From positions 62,001-126,000 of the forward strand of contig JBNJNM010000007.1 of the NCBI GenBank assembly GCA_052426225.1: a DNA stretch of 64,000 nt, read 5' to 3'. Origin of the DNA: Zancudomyces culisetae HAW-14-8. Its lineage: Eukaryota; Fungi; Kickxellomycota. The notes beneath the pieces were generated by a model. It worked only from the letters and a program-made list of their open reading frames with translations. It made no database searches and was not told the DNA's origin. This document shows, piece after piece, positions 61,527 through 64,000 of the stretch; within the stretch, counting starts at the first letter, position 1; each line of letters opens with the position of its first letter. The position numbers and the translations under genes are program-made.

Positions 61527-64000
61527 CTAGTCCACCTTTGCCCTTCTACTTTTCCTTTGGCGCGTTGACCCGCCATAACTTTCATACTTGTCGTCGGTTT
61601 CTACTATTCCTGCTTTATAGGCTTTTGAGCCGTCATCAGCAGTGTTATCACTAAAGTTGGCACCGTATTGTGAGAAAAAAAATATACCATCACCCAGCCT
61701 TTCTGTAGCAGAGTTGAGCACTTCATTGGCTGATTTCAGGATATCGTTGATTGCCTCGTGTCCTTCGCCTAAAAGTCTGATTACCACTGATCCACTGAGC
61801 TGAAAAAATATTTTAATACGATCTATAACTTCGCAAACCAGGTCCAAAGCGAGACTGGCAACTATGTTGGATGTGAGTATTAAGTGACTCCATAGAACCA
61901 TTAAATGAGGAAGCATATATGCGTATATAGAGGAATAACAATCGGCACTTTTAATTGCGAGAGTTTTGGATATTGAAAGAGCATTAAAGTAGACCTTGTT
62001 TAGAGCAGATGCAGAAACAACCAGTAGATATATTGACAGTTGGTAAGCTTCGTGAGAAAATGCAGATATGGCCGTACCCAAAGTGAAAAAGAGTGGCGCT
62101 AGATGGCTCACATAAAAGTCTATGCAAAGTGGTGATAGATAAAGGTATAATGGCAACATATACTGATTGTAAATATGGGATAGGCCATATACGCATGAAG
62201 AATACACAGCAAGAACGCCAAGGATAAAAAAGTCAATCAGGACTTTGAATTTTGACGCAAACATCTTGGCTGTATTTTTCAGTTCAACGACATAAGGTGG
62301 TATGTGTCGGATGAGCAATTGTAAAAAAGGGGATATTGAGCCAAAACGAAGTTGAAGTTGTTCAAGAATGCGACCAAAAAAGTGTACAATACCCTCAAGT
62401 TGAGCTGAGAATGATCGAATATAACCAAAGAATGCCATAAAGGCCCCGCTAACACCCAGTACACCTTCTTTAAGTGAAAAGTAAATATATATGCATGTAT
62501 GTGCGATCGTTGGGGCTAGCTTTTCATTAAAGAAATAAAGTGTATTAGGCACATACTCATCAGTCAGTTTAGTAACCCCAGTCCTGGTGAGTTGGCGGAG
62601 CCCTCGTGAAAACTCTAGAACCGCTTGAGATCTCCAAATCTCAAGCCCTGTAATGTATCGGTACGAAGTTTTGAACATTCCTCCTAATTGCATGCAGAAC
62701 GCCACATATGCATTGTATGTGCTAACCACTATCATATAAAAATCAGATATAGCATCCACCAACTGTAACGTAAAAAACGACACGCCTTTTTTGCTTTTTG
62801 CAATTGCTGATACAGCTAGAGGCTTCGCAGGAACCAGCATGTTGAAAAATACCCACTCGACTGACCAGACAACTTTTGGACCAAAATCCCGGTTCAACCA
62901 CCCGATAGAAGCAAGTAAAAGCGAGTATACTCGGTACATTTGTGCTCCGCAAAACGGCATTGCGGTAGTGTATATCCATATTGCTAGTTGTTCGACCCCA
63001 TCCATTAGCACAACCTTTATATATTCATTCCATGCAAACGCTACAAGCGTCTTTAGATATCCAGCCCGATTCCACAGTAAAGCATACCCATCGGTTAGTA
63101 TTACAATAGATGATCTTGTCCATACCAAGAATCCATCAATCAATATAAAAATACATATCTGGAAAAGGTCCCATGATAGCTTTGCTGCCAAGTACACAAA
63201 CACTATTGGTAGTGCCGGTATTGCCCAAAGCATACTATATGTTGTAATATTTCTCTTCTTTACTTGGCTTTCTTTTCTCTGTTTTCGTCTATACTTTACT
63301 TTATTGCTTGTGGATTCCCCATAAGAGCGACCACCACCAACTCCATTACTTCTACCATATTTGCCATCCTTGTCTTTGTTTCCGTATTTGGTAAGGTAGT
63401 CCCGAACCCCATCCATGTTGTTTGCGTTTTGCTTTCCATATACTTTTAAAAACCTTTTATCTCTTTTTGTTTTTTCTAGAATATCATCACATAATCCATC
63501 CCCATGTACACCTCCACTCCCACTCCCACTCCCACTCCCACTCCCACTCCCACTTTCATTATCTTCAATGTCTAAATATTTAGACCTTTGTTTTCTTCTG
63601 GTTCGCAAATCGCTACTCGAGTCAAGACTATCTGATTTTCTGATTCTTGAAATATCTAAAATACTTATGTCACTACCATCGCCATCATCGCTATCCTCAA
63701 TAAACAAATCTTGGTTTGTGTCCTCCTTTGTGTAGGATCGGGAGTCGTTTTTATCTTTTTCTTTTTTTTCAAGAGAATTTAAATTTTTGTCTAATTTTGA
63801 AGAACAAGACTGGCTGCCTCCACCTTGGTTGCTATCGTCGTCGCCGCCGTTGTTATCATTTTCGCCGTTTTCGTTGTTGCTTTCATTACCAAGCTTTTCA
63901 AAATTCACCCCAAACCCGACAATATTCACCATTGAACTGTGGCGAGATAGCGTTTTGATCCAGCTATCGTCGAATGCTTCTTTGATCCTCCGTTTTGAAC
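61527..64000 (-). CDS. Uncharacterised membrane protein with a long run of hydrophobic/amphipathic helices, probably 5'-partial
   Basis: The 801-aa ORF stays open upstream of the ATG at 63932 to the window edge (SKRRIKEAFDDSWIKTLSRHSS-M). It has a charged disordered N-region, then ~500 aa rich in F/L/I/V/Y/W, then a charged tail. I do not recognise the family. Confidence 0.8.
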   Translation of the reverse strand, partial: SKRRIKEAFDDSWIKTLSRHSSMVNIVGFGVNFEKLGNESNNENGENDNNGGDDDSNQGGGSQSCSSKLDKNLNSLEKKEKDKNDSRSYTKEDTNQDLFIEDSDDGDGSDISILDISRIRKSDSLDSSSDLRTRRKQRSKYLDIEDNESGSGSGSGSGSGSGGVHGDGLCDDILEKTKRDKRFLKVYGKQNANNMDGVRDYLTKYGNKDKDGKYGRSNGVGGGRSYGESTSNKVKYRRKQRKESQVKKRNITTYSMLWAIPALPIVFVYLAAKLSWDLFQICIFILIDGFLVWTRSSIVILTDGYALLWNRAGYLKTLVAFAWNEYIKVVLMDGVEQLAIWIYTTAMPFCGAQMYRVYSLLLASIGWLNRDFGPKVVWSVEWVFFNMLVPAKPLAVSAIAKSKKGVSFFTLQLVDAISDFYMIVVSTYNAYVAFCMQLGGMFKTSYRYITGLEIWRSQAVLEFSRGLRQLTRTGVTKLTDEYVPNTLYFFNEKLAPTIAHTCIYIYFSLKEGVLGVSGAFMAFFGYIRSFSAQLEGIVHFFGRILEQLQLRFGSISPFLQLLIRHIPPYVVELKNTAKMFASKFKVLIDFFILGVLAVYSSCVYGLSHIYNQYMLPLYLYLSPLCIDFYVSHLAPLFFTLGTAISAFSHEAYQLSIYLLVVSASALNKVYFNALSISKTLAIKSADCYSSIYAYMLPHLMVLWSHLILTSNIVASLALDLVCEVIDRIKIFFQLSGSVVIRLLGEGHEAINDILKSANEVLNSATERLGDGIFFFSQYGANFSDNTADDGSKAYKAGIVETDDKYESYGGSTRQRKSRRAKVD
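63514..63554 (-). repeat. (GGGAGT)n hexamer repeat encoding (GS)n
   Basis: Plus strand (CCCACT)x6, in frame in the last gene. Confidence 0.85.

Overview
This is an AT-rich eukaryotic (fungal) window with short GT-AG introns and no prokaryotic features. The gene content (Dbf2 kinase, Pho85-type cyclin, Nop6, plus SNAPc and a bacterial/plastid-type DASS carrier) points to an early-diverging, non-Dikarya fungus; Kickxellomycotina/Harpellales is a low-confidence guess. I reconstructed 19 protein-coding genes by hand. Two are missing from the ORF track: a ~6-TM histidine kinase running off the left edge and a 3-exon NDUFAF2/NDUFA12-family gene. The others are RPC11, DBF2, TRM2, an LRR-RhoGEF, a DiT/CitT-type DASS transporter, COQ10, EBP2, CK2-beta, a CENP-B/pogo-derived protein, a 2009-aa Uds1-like protein, HPM1, a Pcl/Pho80 cyclin, FRD1/OSM1, NOP6, SNAPC1, ARF1 and an unknown membrane protein running off the right edge. 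The most notable items are an intron-containing bacterial/plastid-type dicarboxylate carrier, a fumarate reductase with both a signal anchor and a PTS1-like end, a catalytically dead domesticated pogo transposase, an atypical sensor kinase, a fungal SNAPc subunit, and a 5'-to-3' purine-to-pyrimidine gradient within genes. I could not support any tRNA, rRNA, snRNA, CRISPR array or intact mobile element. All family calls come from motif recognition, not database searches.
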